A stretch of 64,000 bases of DNA from Eledone cirrhosa (Eukaryota): positions 56,048,001 through 56,112,000 of the forward strand of contig OZ024744.1 in the NCBI GenBank assembly GCA_964016885.1, read 5' to 3'. The notes beneath the pieces were generated by a model, which saw only the letters and a program-made list of their open reading frames with translations, made no database searches and was not told the origin of the DNA. Made by a program: the position numbers and the translations under genes. This document shows positions 15,001 through 30,000 of the stretch, one piece after another (within the stretch, counting starts at the first letter, position 1; every line of letters starts with the position of its first letter).

Positions 15001-18000
15001 GAACTATATTGATCTGGTACTGATAGCTAGGTGGACTGTGGTCTGTAACTGAACTATATTGATATGGTACTGACGGCTAGGTGTACTGTGGTCTGAGACT
15101 GAACTATATTGAGCTGGTTCTGACAGCTAGGTAGACTGTGGTCTGAGACTGAACTATATTGATCTGGTACCTTACATTGACAGCTAGGTGGACTGTGGTC
15201 TGTGACTGAACTATATTGATCTGGTACTGACAGCTAGGTAGACTGTGGTCTGGGACTGAACTATATTGATCTGGTATTGACAGCTAGGGAGACTGTGGTC
15301 TGGGACTGAACTATATTGATCTGGTACTGACAGCTAGGTGGACTGTGGTCTGTGACTGAACTATATTGATCTGGTACTGACAGCTAGGTGGACTGTAGTC
15401 TGAGACTGAACTATATTGATCTGGTACTGACAGCTAGGTAGACTGTGGTGTGAGACTGAACTATATTGATCTGGTACCTTACATTGACAGCTAGGTAGAC
15501 TGTGGTCTGAGACTGAATTATATTGATCTGGTACTGACAGCTAGGTAGACTGTGGTCTGAGACTGAACTATATTGATGTGGTACTGACAGCTAGGTGGAC
15601 TGTGGTCTGTGACTGAACTATATTGATCTGGTACTGACAGCTAGGTAGACTGTGGTCTGAGACTGAACTATATTGATCTGGTACTGACAGCCAGGTGGAC
15701 TGTGGTCTGAGACTGAACTATATTGATCTGGTACATTACATTGACAGCTAGGTGGACTATGGTCTGGGACTGAACTATGTTGATCTGGTACTGACAGCTA
15801 GGTGGACTGTGGTCTGTGACTGAACTATATTGATCTGGTACTGATAACTAGGTGGACTGTGGTCTGTGACTGAACTATATTGATCTGGTACTGACAGCTA
15901 GGTGGACTGTGGTCTGTGACTGAACTATATTGATCTGGTACTGATAGCTAGGTGGACTGTGGTCTGTAACTGAACTATATTGATATGGTACTGACGGCTA
16001 GGTGTACTGTGGTCTGAGACTGAACTATATTGAGCTGGTTCTGACAGCTAGGTAGACTGTGGTCTGAGACTGAACTATATTGATCTGGTACCTTACATTG
16101 ACAGCTAGGTGGACTGTGGTCTGTGACTGAACTATATTGATCTGGTACTGACAGCTAGGTAGACTGTGGTCTGGGACTGAACTATATTGATCTGGTATTG
16201 ACAGCTAGGGAGACTGTGGTCTGGGACTGAACTATATTGATCTGGTACTGACAGCTAGGTGGACTGTGGTCTGTGACTGAACTATATTGATCTGGTACTG
16301 ACAGCTAGGTGGACTGTAGTCTGTGACTGAACTATATTGATCTGGTACTGATAACTAGGTGGACTGTGGTCTGTGACTGAACTATATTGATCTGGTACTG
16401 ACGGCTAGGTGGACTGTGGTCTGAGACTGAACTATATTGATCTGTTACTGACAGCTAGCTGGACTGTGGTCTGAGACTGAACTATATTGATCTGGTACTG
16501 ACAGCTATGTGGACTGTGGTCTGAGACTGAACTATATTGATCTGGTACTGACAGCTAGGTAGACTGCGGTCTGTGACTGAACTATATTGATCTGGTACTG
16601 ACAGCTAGGTAGACTGTGGTCTGAGACTGAACTATATTGGTCTGGTACCTTACATTGACAGTTAGGTGGACTGTGGTCTGAGACTGAACTATATTGATCT
16701 GGTACCTTACATTGACAGCTAGGTGGACTGTGGTCTGAGACTGAACTATATTGATCTGGTACTGACAGCTAGGTGGACTGTGGTCTGAGACTGAACTATA
16801 CTGATCTGGTACCTTACATTGACAGCTAGGTAGACTGTGGTCTGAGACTGAACTATATTGATCTGGTACTGACAGCTAGGTGGACTGTGGTCTGAGACTG
16901 AACTATATTGATCTGGTACCTTACATTGACAGCTAGGTAAACTGTGGTCTGAAACTGAACTATATTGATCTGGTATTGACAGCTAGGTAGACTGTGGTCT
17001 GAGACTGAACTATATTGATCTGGTACTGACAGCTATGTGGACTGTGGTCTGAGACTGAACTATATTGATCTGGTACTGACAGCTAGGTGGACTGTGGTCT
17101 GAGACTGAACTATATTGATCTGGCACTGACAGCTAGGTGGACTGTGGTCTGAGACTGAACTATATTGATGTGGTACCTATTACTGACAGCTAGGTGGACT
17201 GTGGTCTGAGATTGAACTATATTGATCTGGTACCTTACGTTGACAGCTAGGTAGACTGTGGTCTGTGACTGAACTATATTGATCTGGTACTGAGAGCTAG
17301 GTGGATTGTGGTCTGAGACTGAACTATATTGATCTGGTACTGACAGCTAGGTAGACTGTGGTGTGTAACTGAACTATATTGATCTGGTACCTTACATTGA
17401 CAGTTAGGTGGACTGTGGTCTGAGACTGAACTATATTGATCTAGTACTGACAGATAGGTAGACTGTGGTTTGAGTCTGAACTATATTGATCTGGTACCTT
17501 ACATTGACAGTTAGGTGGACCGTGGTCTGAGACTGAACTATATTGATCTGGTACTGACAGCTAGGTAGACTGTGGTCTGAGACTGAACTATATTGATCTG
17601 GTACATTACATTGACAGTTAGGTGGACTGTGGTCTGAGACTGAACTATATTGATCTTATACTAACAGGTAGGTAGACTGTGGTCTGTGACTGAACTATAT
17701 TGATCTGGTACTGACAGCTAGGTAGACTGTGGTCTGAGATTGAACTATATTGATCTGGTACCTTACATTGACAGTTAGGTGGATTGTGGTCTGAGACTGA
17801 ACTATATTGATCTTGTACTAACAAGTAGGTAGACTGTGGTCTGTGACTGAACTATATTGATCTGGTACTGACAGCTAGGTAGACTGTGGTCTGAGATTGA
17901 ACTATATTGATCTGGTACCTTACATTCACAGCTAGGTAGACTGTGGTCTGAGACTGAACTATATTGATCTGGTACCTTACATTGACTGCTAGTTAGACTG

Positions 18001-21000
18001 TGGTCTGTGACTGAACTATATTGATCTGGTACTGACAGCTAGGTGGACTGTGGTCTGAGACTGAACTATATTGATCTGGTATTGACAGCTAGGTGGACTG
18101 TGGTCTGAGACTGAACTATATTGATCTTGTATTGACAGCTAGGTAGACTGTGGTCTGAGACTGAACTATATTGATGTGGTACTGACAGCTAGGTAGACTG
18201 TGGTCTGAGACTGAACTATATTGATCTGGTATTGACAGCTAGGTAGACAGTGGTCTGCGACTGAACTATATTGATGTGGTACTGACAGCTAGGTGGACTG
18301 TGGTCTGTGACTGAACTATATTGATCTGGTACTGACAGCTAGGTGGACTCTGGTCTGTGACTGAACTATATTGATCTGGTACTGATAGCTAGGTGGACTG
18401 TGGTCTGTGACTGAACTATATTGATCTGGTACTGACAGCTAGGTGGACTGTGGTCAGAGACTGAACTATATTGATCTGGTACTGACAGCTAGGTAGACTG
18501 TGGTCTGAGACTGAACTATATTGATCTGGTACTGACAGCTAGGTGGACTGTGGTCTGAGACTGAACTATATTGATCTGGTACCTTACATTGACAGCTACG
18601 TGGACTGTGGTCTGTGACTGAACTATATTGATCTGGTACTGACAGCTAGGTAGATTGTGGTTTGAGACTGAACTATATTGATGTGGTACTGACAGCTAGG
18701 TGGACTGTGGTCTGAGACTGAATTATATTGATCTGGTACCTTTCATTGACAGCTAGGTAGACTGTGGTCTGAGATTGAACTATATTGATCTCGTACTGAC
18801 AGCTAGGTAGACTGTGGTGTGAGACTGATCTATATTGATCTGGTACCTTTCATTGACAGCTAGGTAGACTGTGGTCTGAGACTGAACTATATTGATCTGG
18901 TACCTTACTTTGATAGCTAGGTAGACTGTGGTCTGAGACTGAACTATATTGATCTGGCACCTTACACTGACAGCTACGTGGACTGTGGTCTGTGACTGAA
19001 TTATATTGATCTGGTACAGACAGCTAGGTAGACTGTGGTCTGAGACTGAACTATATTGATCTGGTACTGACTGCTAGGTGGACAGTGGTCTGTGACTGAA
19101 CTATATTGATCTGGTACTGACAGCTAGGTAGACTGTGGTCTGAGACTGAACTATATTGATCTGGTACCTTACATTGACAGCTATGTAGACTGTGGTCTGT
19201 GGCTGAACTATATTGATCTGGTACTGACAGCCAGGTGGACTGTGGTCTGAGACTGAACTATATTGATCTGGTACATTACATTGACAGCTAGGTAGACTAT
19301 GGTCTGGGACTGAACTATATTGATCTGGTACTGACAGCTAGGTAGACTGTGGTCTGAGACTGAACTATATTGATCTGGTATTGACAGCTAGGGAGACTGT
19401 GGTCTGGGACTGAACTATATTGATCTGGTACTGACAGCTAGGTGGACTGTGGTCTGTGACTGAACTATATTGATCTGGTACTGACAGCTAGGTGGACTGT
19501 AGTCTGTGACTGAACTATATTGATCTGGTACTGATAACTAGGTGGACTGTGGTCTGTGACTGAACTATATTGATCTGGTACTGACAGCTAGGTGGACTGT
19601 GGTCTGAGACTGAACTATATTGATCTGTTACTGACAGCTAGCTGGACTGTGGTCTGAGACTGAACTATATTGATCTGGTACTGACAGCTATGTGGACTGT
19701 GGTCTGAGACTGAACTATATTGATCTGGTACTGACAGCTAGGTAGACTGCGGTCTGTGACTGAACTATATTGATCTGGTACTGACAGCTAGGTAGACTGT
19801 GGTCTGAGACTGAACTATATTGGTCTGGTACCTTACATTGACAGTTAGGTGGACTGTGGTCTGAGACTGAACTATATTGATCTGGTACCTTACATTGACA
19901 GCTAGGTGGACTGTGGTCTGAGACTGAACTATATTGATCTGGTACTGACAGCTAGGTGGACTGTGGTCTGAGACTGAACTAAATTGATCTGGTACTGACA
20001 GCTAGGTTGAATGTGGTCTGAGACTGAACTATACTGATCTGGTACCTTTCATTGACAGCTAGGTAGACTGTGGTCTGAGACTGAACTATATTGATCTGGT
20101 ACTGACAGCTAGGTGGACTGTGGTCTGAGACTGAACTATATTGATCTGGTACCTTACATTGACAGCTAGGTAAACTGTGGTCTGAAACTGAACTATATTG
20201 ATCTGGTATTGACAGCTAGGAAGACTGTGGTCTGAGACTGAACTATATTGATCTGGTACTGACAGCTATGTGGACTGTGGTCTGAGACTGAACTATATTG
20301 ATCTGGTACTGACAGCTAGGTGGACTGTGGTCTGAGACTGAACTATATTGATCTGTTACTGACAGTTAGGTGGACTGTGGTCTGAGACTGAACTATATTG
20401 ATCTGTTACTGACAGCTAAGTGTACTGTGGTCTGTGACTGAACTATATTGATCTGGTACTGACAGCTAGGTAGACTGTGGTCTGAGACTGAACTATATTG
20501 ATCTGGTACTGACAGCTAGGTGGACTGTGGTCTGTGACTGAACTATATTGATCTGGGACTGACAGCTATGTAGACTGTGGTCTGTGACTGAACTATATTG
20601 ATCTGGTTCTGACAGCTAGGTGGACTGTGGTCTGAGACTGAACTATATTGATCTGGTACTCACAGCTAGGTAGACTCTGGTGTGAGACTGAACTATATTG
20701 ATCTGGTACCTAACAATGACAGCTAGGTGAACTGTGGTCTGAGACTGAACAATATTGAACTGGTACTGACAGCTAGGTGGACTGTAGTCTGAGACTGAAC
20801 TATATTGATCTGGTACTGACAGCTAGGTAGACTGTGGTGTGAGACTGAACTATATTGATCTGGTACCTTACATTGACAGCTAGGTAGACTGTGGTCTGAG
20901 ACTGAATTATATTGATCTGGTACTGACAGCTAGGTAGACTGTGGTCTGAGACTGAACTATATTGATGTGGTACTGACAGCTAGGTGGACTGTGGTCTGTG

Positions 21001-24000
21001 ACTGAACTATATTGATCTGGTACTGACAGCTAGGTAGACTGTGGTCTGAGACTGAACTATATTGATCTGGTACTGACAGCCAGGTGGACTGTGGTCTGAG
21101 ACTGAACTATATTGATCTGGTACATTACATTGACAGCTAGGTGGACTATGGTCTGGGACTGAACTATGTTGATCTGGTACTGACAGCTAGGTGGACTGTG
21201 GTCTGTGACTGAACTATATTGATCTGGTACTGATAACTAGGTGGACTGTGGTCTGTGACTGAACTATATTGATCTGGTACTGACAGCTAGGTGGACTGTG
21301 GTCTGTGACTGAACTATATTGATCTGGTACTGATAGCTAGGTGGACTGTGGTCTGTAACTGAACTATATTGATATGGTACTGACGGCTAGGTGTACTGTG
21401 GTCTGAGACTGAACTATATTGAGCTGGTTCTGACAGCTAGGTAGACTGTGGTCTGAGACTGAACTATATTGATCTGGTACCTTACATTGACAGCTAGGTG
21501 GACTGTGGTCTGTGACTGAACTATATTGATCTGGTACTGACAGCTAGGTAGACTGTGGTCTGGGACTGAACTATATTGATCTGGTATTGACAGCTAGGGA
21601 GACTGTGGTCTGGGACTGAACTATATTGATCTGGTACTGACAGCTAGGTGGACTGTGGTCTGTGACTGAACTATATTGATCTGGTACTGACAGCTAGGTG
21701 GACTGTAGTCTGTGACTGAACTATATTGATCTGGTACTGATAACTAGGTGGACTGTGGTCTGTGACTGAACTATATTGATCTGGTACTGACGGCTAGGTG
21801 GACTGTGGTCTGAGACTGAACTATATTGATCTGTTACTGACAGCTAGCTGGACTGTGGTCTGAGACTGAACTATATTGATCTGGTACTGACAGCTATGTG
21901 GACTGTGGTCTGAGACTGAACTATATTGATCTGGTACTGACAGCTAGGTAGACTGCGGTCTGTGACTGAACTATATTGATCTGGTACTGACAGCTAGGTA
22001 GACTGTGGTCTGAGACTGAACTATATTGGTCTGGTACCTTACATTGACAGTTAGGTGGACTGTGGTCTGAGACTGAACTATATTGATCTGGTACCTTACA
22101 TTGACAGCTAGGTGGACTGTGGTCTGAGACTGAACTATATTGATCTGGTACTGACAGCTAGGTGGCCTGTGGTCTGAGACTGAACTATACTGATCTGGTA
22201 CCTTACATTGACAGCTAGGTAGACTGTGGTCTGAGACTGAACTATATTGATCTGGTACTGACAGCTAGGTGGACTGTGGTCTGAGACTGAACTATATTGA
22301 TCTGGTACCTTACATTGACAGCTAGGTAAACTGTGGTCTGAAACTGAACTATATTGATCTGGTATTGACAGCTAGGTAGACTGTGGTCTGAGACTGAACT
22401 ATATTGATCTGGTACTGACAGCTATGTGGACTGTGGTCTGAGACTGAACTATATTGATCTGGTACTGACAGCTAGGTGGACTGTGGTCTGAGACTGAACT
22501 ATATTGATCTGTTACTGACAGCTAGGTGGACTGTGGTCTGAGACTGAACTATATTGATCTGTTACTGACAGCTAGGTGTACTGTGGTCTGTGACTGAACT
22601 ATATTGATCTGGTACTGACAGCTAGGTAGACTGTGGTCTGAGACTGAACTATATTGATCTGGGACTGACAGCTATGTAGACTGTGGTCTGTGACTGAACT
22701 ATATTGATCTGGTACTGACAGCTAGGTGGACTGTGGTCTGATACTGAACTATATTGATCTGGTACTCACAGCTAGGTAGACTCTGGTGTGAGACTGAACT
22801 ATATTGATCTGGTACCTTACAATGACAGCTAGGTGAACTGTGGTCTGAGACTGAACAATATTGATCTGGTACTGACAGCTAGGTAGACTGTGGTCTGAGA
22901 CTGAACTATATTGATCTGGTACTGACAGCTAGGTGGACTGTGGTCTGTGACTGAACTATATTGATCTGGTACTGACAGCTAGGTAGACTGTGGTCTGAGA
23001 CTCAACTATATTGATCTGGTGCTGACAGCCAGGTGGACTGTGGTCTGAGACTGAACTATATTGATCTGGTACATTACATTGACAGCTAGGTGGACTATCG
23101 TCTGGGACTGAACTATGTTGATCTGGTACTGACAGCTAGGTAGACTGTGGTCTGAGACTGAACTATATTGATCTGGTCTTGACAGCTAGGTAGATTGTGG
23201 TCTGGGACTGAACTATATTGATCTGGTACTGACTGCTATTTGGACTGTGGTCTGTGACTGAACTATATTGATCTGGTACTGACAGCTAGGTGGACTGTGG
23301 TCTGTGACTGAACTATATTGATCTGGTACTGATAACTAGGTGGACTGTGGTCTGTGACTGAACTATATTGATCTGGTACTGATAGCTAGGTGGACTGTGG
23401 TCTGTAACTGAACTATATTGATATGGTACTGACGGCTAGGTGTACTGTGGTCTGAGACTGAACTATATTGAGCTGGTTCTGACAGCTAGGTAGACTGTGG
23501 TCTGAGACTGAACTATATTGAACTGGTACCTTACGTTGACAGCTAGGTGGACTGTGGTCTGTGACTGAACTATATTGATCTGGTACTGACAGCTAGGTAG
23601 ACTGTGGTCTGAGATTGAACTATATTGATGTGGTACTGACAGCTAGGTGGACTTTGGTCTGAGACTGAACTATATTGATCTGGTACCTTTCATTGACAGC
23701 TAGGTAGACTGTGGTCTGAGACTGGACTATATTGATCTGGTACTGACAGCTAGGTAGACTGTGGTCTGAGACTGAACTATATTGATCTGGTGCTGACAGC
23801 TAGGTGGACTGTGGTCTGTGACTTAACTATATTGATCTGGTACTGACAGCCAGGTGGACTGTGGTCTGAGACTGAACTATATTGATCTGGTACCTTACAT
23901 TGACAGCTAGGTAGACTGTGGTCTGTGACTGAACTATATTGATCTGGTACTGACAGCTAGGTAGACTGTGGTCTGAGACTGAACTATATTGATCTGGTAT

Positions 24001-27000
24001 TGACAGCTAGGGAGACTGTGGTCTGGGACTGAACTATATTGATCTGGTACTGACAGCTAGGTGGACTGTGGTCTGTGACTGAACTATATTGATCTAGTAC
24101 TGACAGCTAGGTGGACTGTAGTCTGTGACTGAACTATATTGATCTGGTACTGATAACTAGGTGGACTGTGGTCTGTGACTGAACTATATTGATCTGGTAC
24201 TGACAGCTAGGTGGACTGTGGTCTGAGACTGAACTATATTGATCTGTTACTGACAGCTAGCTGGACTGTGGTCTGAGACTGAACTATATTGATCTGGTAC
24301 TGACAGCTATGTGGACTGTGGTCTGAGACTGAACTATATTGATCTGGTACTGACAGCTGGGTAGACTGCGGTCTGTGACTGAACTATATTGATCTGGTAC
24401 TGACAGCTATGTGGACTGTGGTCTGAGACTGAACTATATTGATCTGGTACTGACAGCTAGGTAGACTGTGGTCTGAGACTTAACTATATTGGTCTGGTAC
24501 CTTACATTGACAGTTAGGTGGACTGTGGTCTGAGACTGAACTATATTGATCTGGTACCTTACATTGACAGCTAGGTGGACTGTGGTCTGAGACTGAACTA
24601 TATTGATCTGGTACTGACAGCTAGGTGGACTGTGGTCTGAGACTGAACTAAATTGATCTGGTACTGACAGCTAGGTTGAATGTGGTCTGAGACTGAACTA
24701 TACTGATCTGGTACCTTACATTGACAGCTAGGTAGACTGTGGTCTGAGACTGAACTATATTGATCTGGTACTGACAGCTAGGTGGACTGTGGTCTGAGAC
24801 TGAACTATATTGATCTGGTACCTTACATTGACAGCTAGGTAAACTGTGGTCTGAAACTGAACTATATTGATCTGGTATTGACAGCTAGGTAGACTGTGGT
24901 CTGAGACTGAACTATATTGATCTGGTACTGACAGCTATGTGGACTGTGGTCTGAGACTGAACTATATTGATCTGGTACTGACAGCTAGGTGGACTGTGGT
25001 CTGAGACTGAACTATATTGATCTGTTACTGACAGCTAGGTGGACTGTGGTCTGAGACTGAACTATATTGATCTGTTACTGACAGCTAGGTGTACTGTGGT
25101 CTGTGACTGAACTATATTGATCTGGTACTGACAGCTAGGTAGACTGTGGTCTGAGACTGAACTATATTGATCTGGTACTGACAGCTAGGTGGACTGTGGT
25201 CTGTGACTGAACTATATTGATCTGGTACTGACAGCTAGGTGGACTGTAGTCTGTGACTGAACTATATTGATCTGGTACTGATAACTAGGTGGACTGTGGT
25301 CTGTGACTGAACTATATTGATCTGGTACTGACAGCTAGGTGGACTGTGGTCTGAGACTGAACTATATTGATCTGTTACTGACAGCTAGCTGGACTGTGGT
25401 CTGAGACTGAACTATATTGATCTGGTACTGACAGCTATGTGGACTGTGGTCTGAGACTGAACTATATTGATCTGGTACTGACAGCTAGGTAGACTGCGGT
25501 CTGTGACTGAACTATATTGATCTGGTACTGACAGCTAGGTAGACTGTGGTCTGAGACTGAACTATATTGGTCTGGTACCTTACATTGACAGTTAGGTGGA
25601 CTGTGGTCTGAGACTGAACTATATTGATCTGGTACCTTACATTGACAGCTAGGTGGACTGTGGTCTGAGACTGAACTATATTGATCTGGTACTGACAGCT
25701 AGGTGGACTGTGGTCTGAGACTGAACTAAATTGATCTGGTACTGACAGCTAGGTTGAATGTGGTCTGAGACTGAACTATACTGATCTGGTACCTTTCATT
25801 GACAGCTAGGTAGACTGTGGTCTGAGACTGAACTATATTGATCTGGTACTGACAGCTAGGTGGACTGTGGTCTGAGACTGAACTATATTGATCTGGTACC
25901 TTACATTGACAGCTAGGTAAACTGTGGTCTGAAACTGAACTATATTGATCTGGTATTGACAGCTAGGAAGACTGTGGTCTGAGACTGAACTATATTGATC
26001 TGGTACTGACAGCTATGTGGACTGTGGTCTGAGACTGAACTATATTGATCTGGTACTGACAGCTAGGTGGACTGTGGTCTGAGACTGAACTATATTGATC
26101 TGTTACTGACAGTTAGGTGGACTGTGGTCTGAGACTGAACTATATTGATCTGTTACTGACAGCTAAGTGTACTGTGGTCTGTGACTGAACTATATTGATC
26201 TGGTACTGACAGCTAGGTAGACTGTGGTCTGAGACTGAACTATATTGATCTGGTACTGACAGCTAGGTGGACTGTGGTCTGTGACTGAACTATATTGATC
26301 TGGGACTGACAGCTATGTAGACTGTGGTCTGTGACTGAACTATATTGATCTGGTTCTGACAGCTAGGTGGACTGTGGTCTGAGACTGAACTATATTGATC
26401 TGGTACTCACAGCTAGGTAGACTCTGGTGTGAGACTGAACTATATTGATCTGGTACCTAACAATGACAGCTAGGTGAACTGTGGTCTGAGACTGAACAAT
26501 ATTGAACTGGTACTGACAGCTAGGTGGACTGTAGTCTGAGACTGAACTATATTGATCTGGTACTGACAGCTAGGTAGACTGTGGTGTGAGACTGAACTAT
26601 ATTGATCTGGTACCTTACATTGACAGCTAGGTAGACTGTGGTCTGAGACTGAATTATATTGATCTGGTACTGACAGCTAGGTAGACTGTGGTCTGAGACT
26701 GAACTATATTGATGTGGTACTGACAGCTAGGTGGACTGTGGTCTGTGACTGAACTATATTGATCTGGTACTGACAGCTAGGTAGACTGTGGTCTGAGACT
26801 GAACTATATTGATCTGGTACTGACAGCCAGGTGGACTGTGGTCTGAGACTGAACTATATTGATCTGGTACATTACATTGACAGCTAGGTGGACTATGGTC
26901 TGGGACTGAACTATGTTGATCTGGTACTGACAGCTAGGTGGACTGTGGTCTGTGACTGAACTATATTGATCTGGTACTGATAACTAGGTGGACTGTGGTC

Positions 27001-30000
27001 TGTGACTGAACTATATTGATCTGGTACTGACAGCTAGGTGGACTGTGGTCTGTGACTGAACTATATTGATCTGGTACTGATAGCTAGGTGGACTGTGGTC
27101 TGTAACTGAACTATATTGATATGGTACTGACGGCTAGGTGTACTGTGGTCTGAGACTGAACTATATTGAGCTGGTTCTGACAGCTAGGTAGACTGTGGTC
27201 TGAGACTGAACTATATTGATCTGGTACCTTACATTGACAGCTAGGTGGACTGTGGTCTGTGACTGAACTATATTGATCTGGTACTGACAGCTAGGTAGAC
27301 TGTGGTCTGGGACTGAACTATATTGATCTGGTATTGACAGCTAGGGAGACTGTGGTCTGGGACTGAACTATATTGATCTGGTACTGACAGCTAGGTGGAC
27401 TGTGGTCTGTGACTGAACTATATTGATCTGGTACTGACAGCTAGGTGGACTGTAGTCTGTGACTGAACTATATTGATCTGGTACTGATAACTAGGTGGAC
27501 TGTGGTCTGTGACTGAACTATATTGATCTGGTACTGACGGCTAGGTGGACTGTGGTCTGAGACTGAACTATATTGATCTGTTACTGACAGCTAGCTGGAC
27601 TGTGGTCTGAGACTGAACTATATTGATCTGGTACTGACAGCTATGTGGACTGTGGTCTGAGACTGAACTATATTGATCTGGTACTGACAGCTAGGTAGAC
27701 TGCGGTCTGTGACTGAACTATATTGATCTGGTACTGACAGCTAGGTAGACTGTGGTCTGAGACTGAACTATATTGGTCTGGTACCTTACATTGACAGTTA
27801 GGTGGACTGTGGTCTGAGACTGAACTATATTGATCTGGTACCTTACATTGACAGCTAGGTGGACTGTGGTCTGAGACTGAACTATATTGATCTGGTACTG
27901 ACAGCTAGGTGGCCTGTGGTCTGAGACTGAACTATACTGATCTGGTACCTTACATTGACAGCTAGGTAGACTGTGGTCTGAGACTGAACTATATTGATCT
28001 GGTACTGACAGCTAGGTGGACTGTGGTCTGAGACTGAACTATATTGATCTGGTACCTTACATTGACAGCTAGGTAAACTGTGGTCTGAAACTGAACTATA
28101 TTGATCTGGTATTGACAGCTAGGTAGACTGTGGTCTGAGACTGAACTATATTGATCTGGTACTGACAGCTATGTGGACTGTGGTCTGAGACTGAACTATA
28201 TTGATCTGGTACTGACAGCTAGGTGGACTGTGGTCTGAGACTGAACTATATTGATCTGTTACTGACAGCTAGGTGGACTGTGGTCTGAGACTGAACTATA
28301 TTGATCTGTTACTGACAGCTAGGTGTACTGTGGTCTGTGACTGAACTATATTGATCTGGTACTGACAGCTAGGTAGACTGTGGTCTGAGACTGAACTATA
28401 TTGATCTGGGACTGACAGCTATGTAGACTGTGGTCTGTGACTGAACTATATTGATCTGGTACTGACAGCTAGGTGGACTGTGGTCTGATACTGAACTATA
28501 TTGATCTGGTACTCACAGCTAGGTAGACTCTGGTGTGAGACTGAACTATATTGATCTGGTACCTTACAATGACAGCTAGGTGAACTGTGGTCTGAGACTG
28601 AACAATATTGATCTGGTACTGACAGCTAGGTGGACTGTAGTCTGAGACTGAACTATATTGATCTGGTACTGACAGCTAGGTAGACTGTGGTGTGAGACTG
28701 AACTATATTGATCTGGTACCTTACATTGACCGCTAGGTAGACTGTGGTCTGAGACTGAATTATATTGATCTGGTACTGACAGCTAGGTAGACTGTGGTCT
28801 GAGACTGAACTATATTGATCTGGTACTGACAGCTAGGTGGACTGTGGTCTGTGACTGAACTATATTGATCTGGTACTGACAGCTAGGTAGACTGTGGTCT
28901 GAGACTCAACTATATTGATCTGGTGCTGACAGCCAGGTGGACTGTGGTCTGAGACTGAACTATATTGATCTGGTACATTACATTGACAGCTAGGTGGACT
29001 ATCGTCTGGGACTGAACTATGTTGATCTGGTACTGACAGCTAGGTAGACTGTGGTCTGAGACTGAACTATATTGATCTGGTCTTGACAGCTAGGTAGATT
29101 GTGGTCTGGGACTGAACTATATTGATCTGGTACTGACTGCTATTTGGACTGTGGTCTGTGACTGAACTATATTGATCTGGTACTGACAGCTAGGTGGACT
29201 GTGGTCTGTGACTGAACTATATTGATCTGGTACTGATAACTAGGTGGACTGTGGTCTGTGACTGAACTATATTGATCTGGTACTGATAGCTAGGTGGACT
29301 GTGGTCTGTAACTGAACTATATTGATATGGTACTGACGGCTAGGTGTACTGTGGTCTGAGACTGAACTATATTGAGCTGGTTCTGACAGCTAGGTAGACT
29401 GTGGTCTGAGACTGAACTATATTGAACTGGTACCTTACGTTGACAGCTAGGTGGACTGTGGTCTGTGACTGAACTATATTGATCTGGTACTGACAGCTAG
29501 GTAGACTGTGGTCTGAGATTGAACTATATTGATGTGGTACTGACAGCTAGGTGGACTTTGGTCTGAGACTGAACTATATTGATCTGGTACCTTTCATTGA
29601 CAGCTAGGTAGACTGTGGTCTGAGACTGGACTATATTGATCTGGTACTGACAGCTAGGTAGACTGTGGTCTGAGACTGAACTATATTGATCTGGTGCTGA
29701 CAGCTAGGTGGACTGTGGTCTGTGACTTAACTATATTGATCTGGTACTGACAGCCAGGTGGACTGTGGTCTGAGACTGAACTATATTGATCTGGTACCTT
29801 ACATTGACAGCTAGGTAGACTGTGGTCTGTGACTGAACTATATTGATCTGGTACTGACAGCTAGGTAGACTGTGGTCTGAGACTGAACTATATTGATCTG
29901 GTATTGACAGCTAGGGAGACTGTGGTCTGGGACTGAACTATATTGATCTGGTACTGACAGCTAGGTGGACTGTGGTCTGTGACTGAACTATATTGATCTA

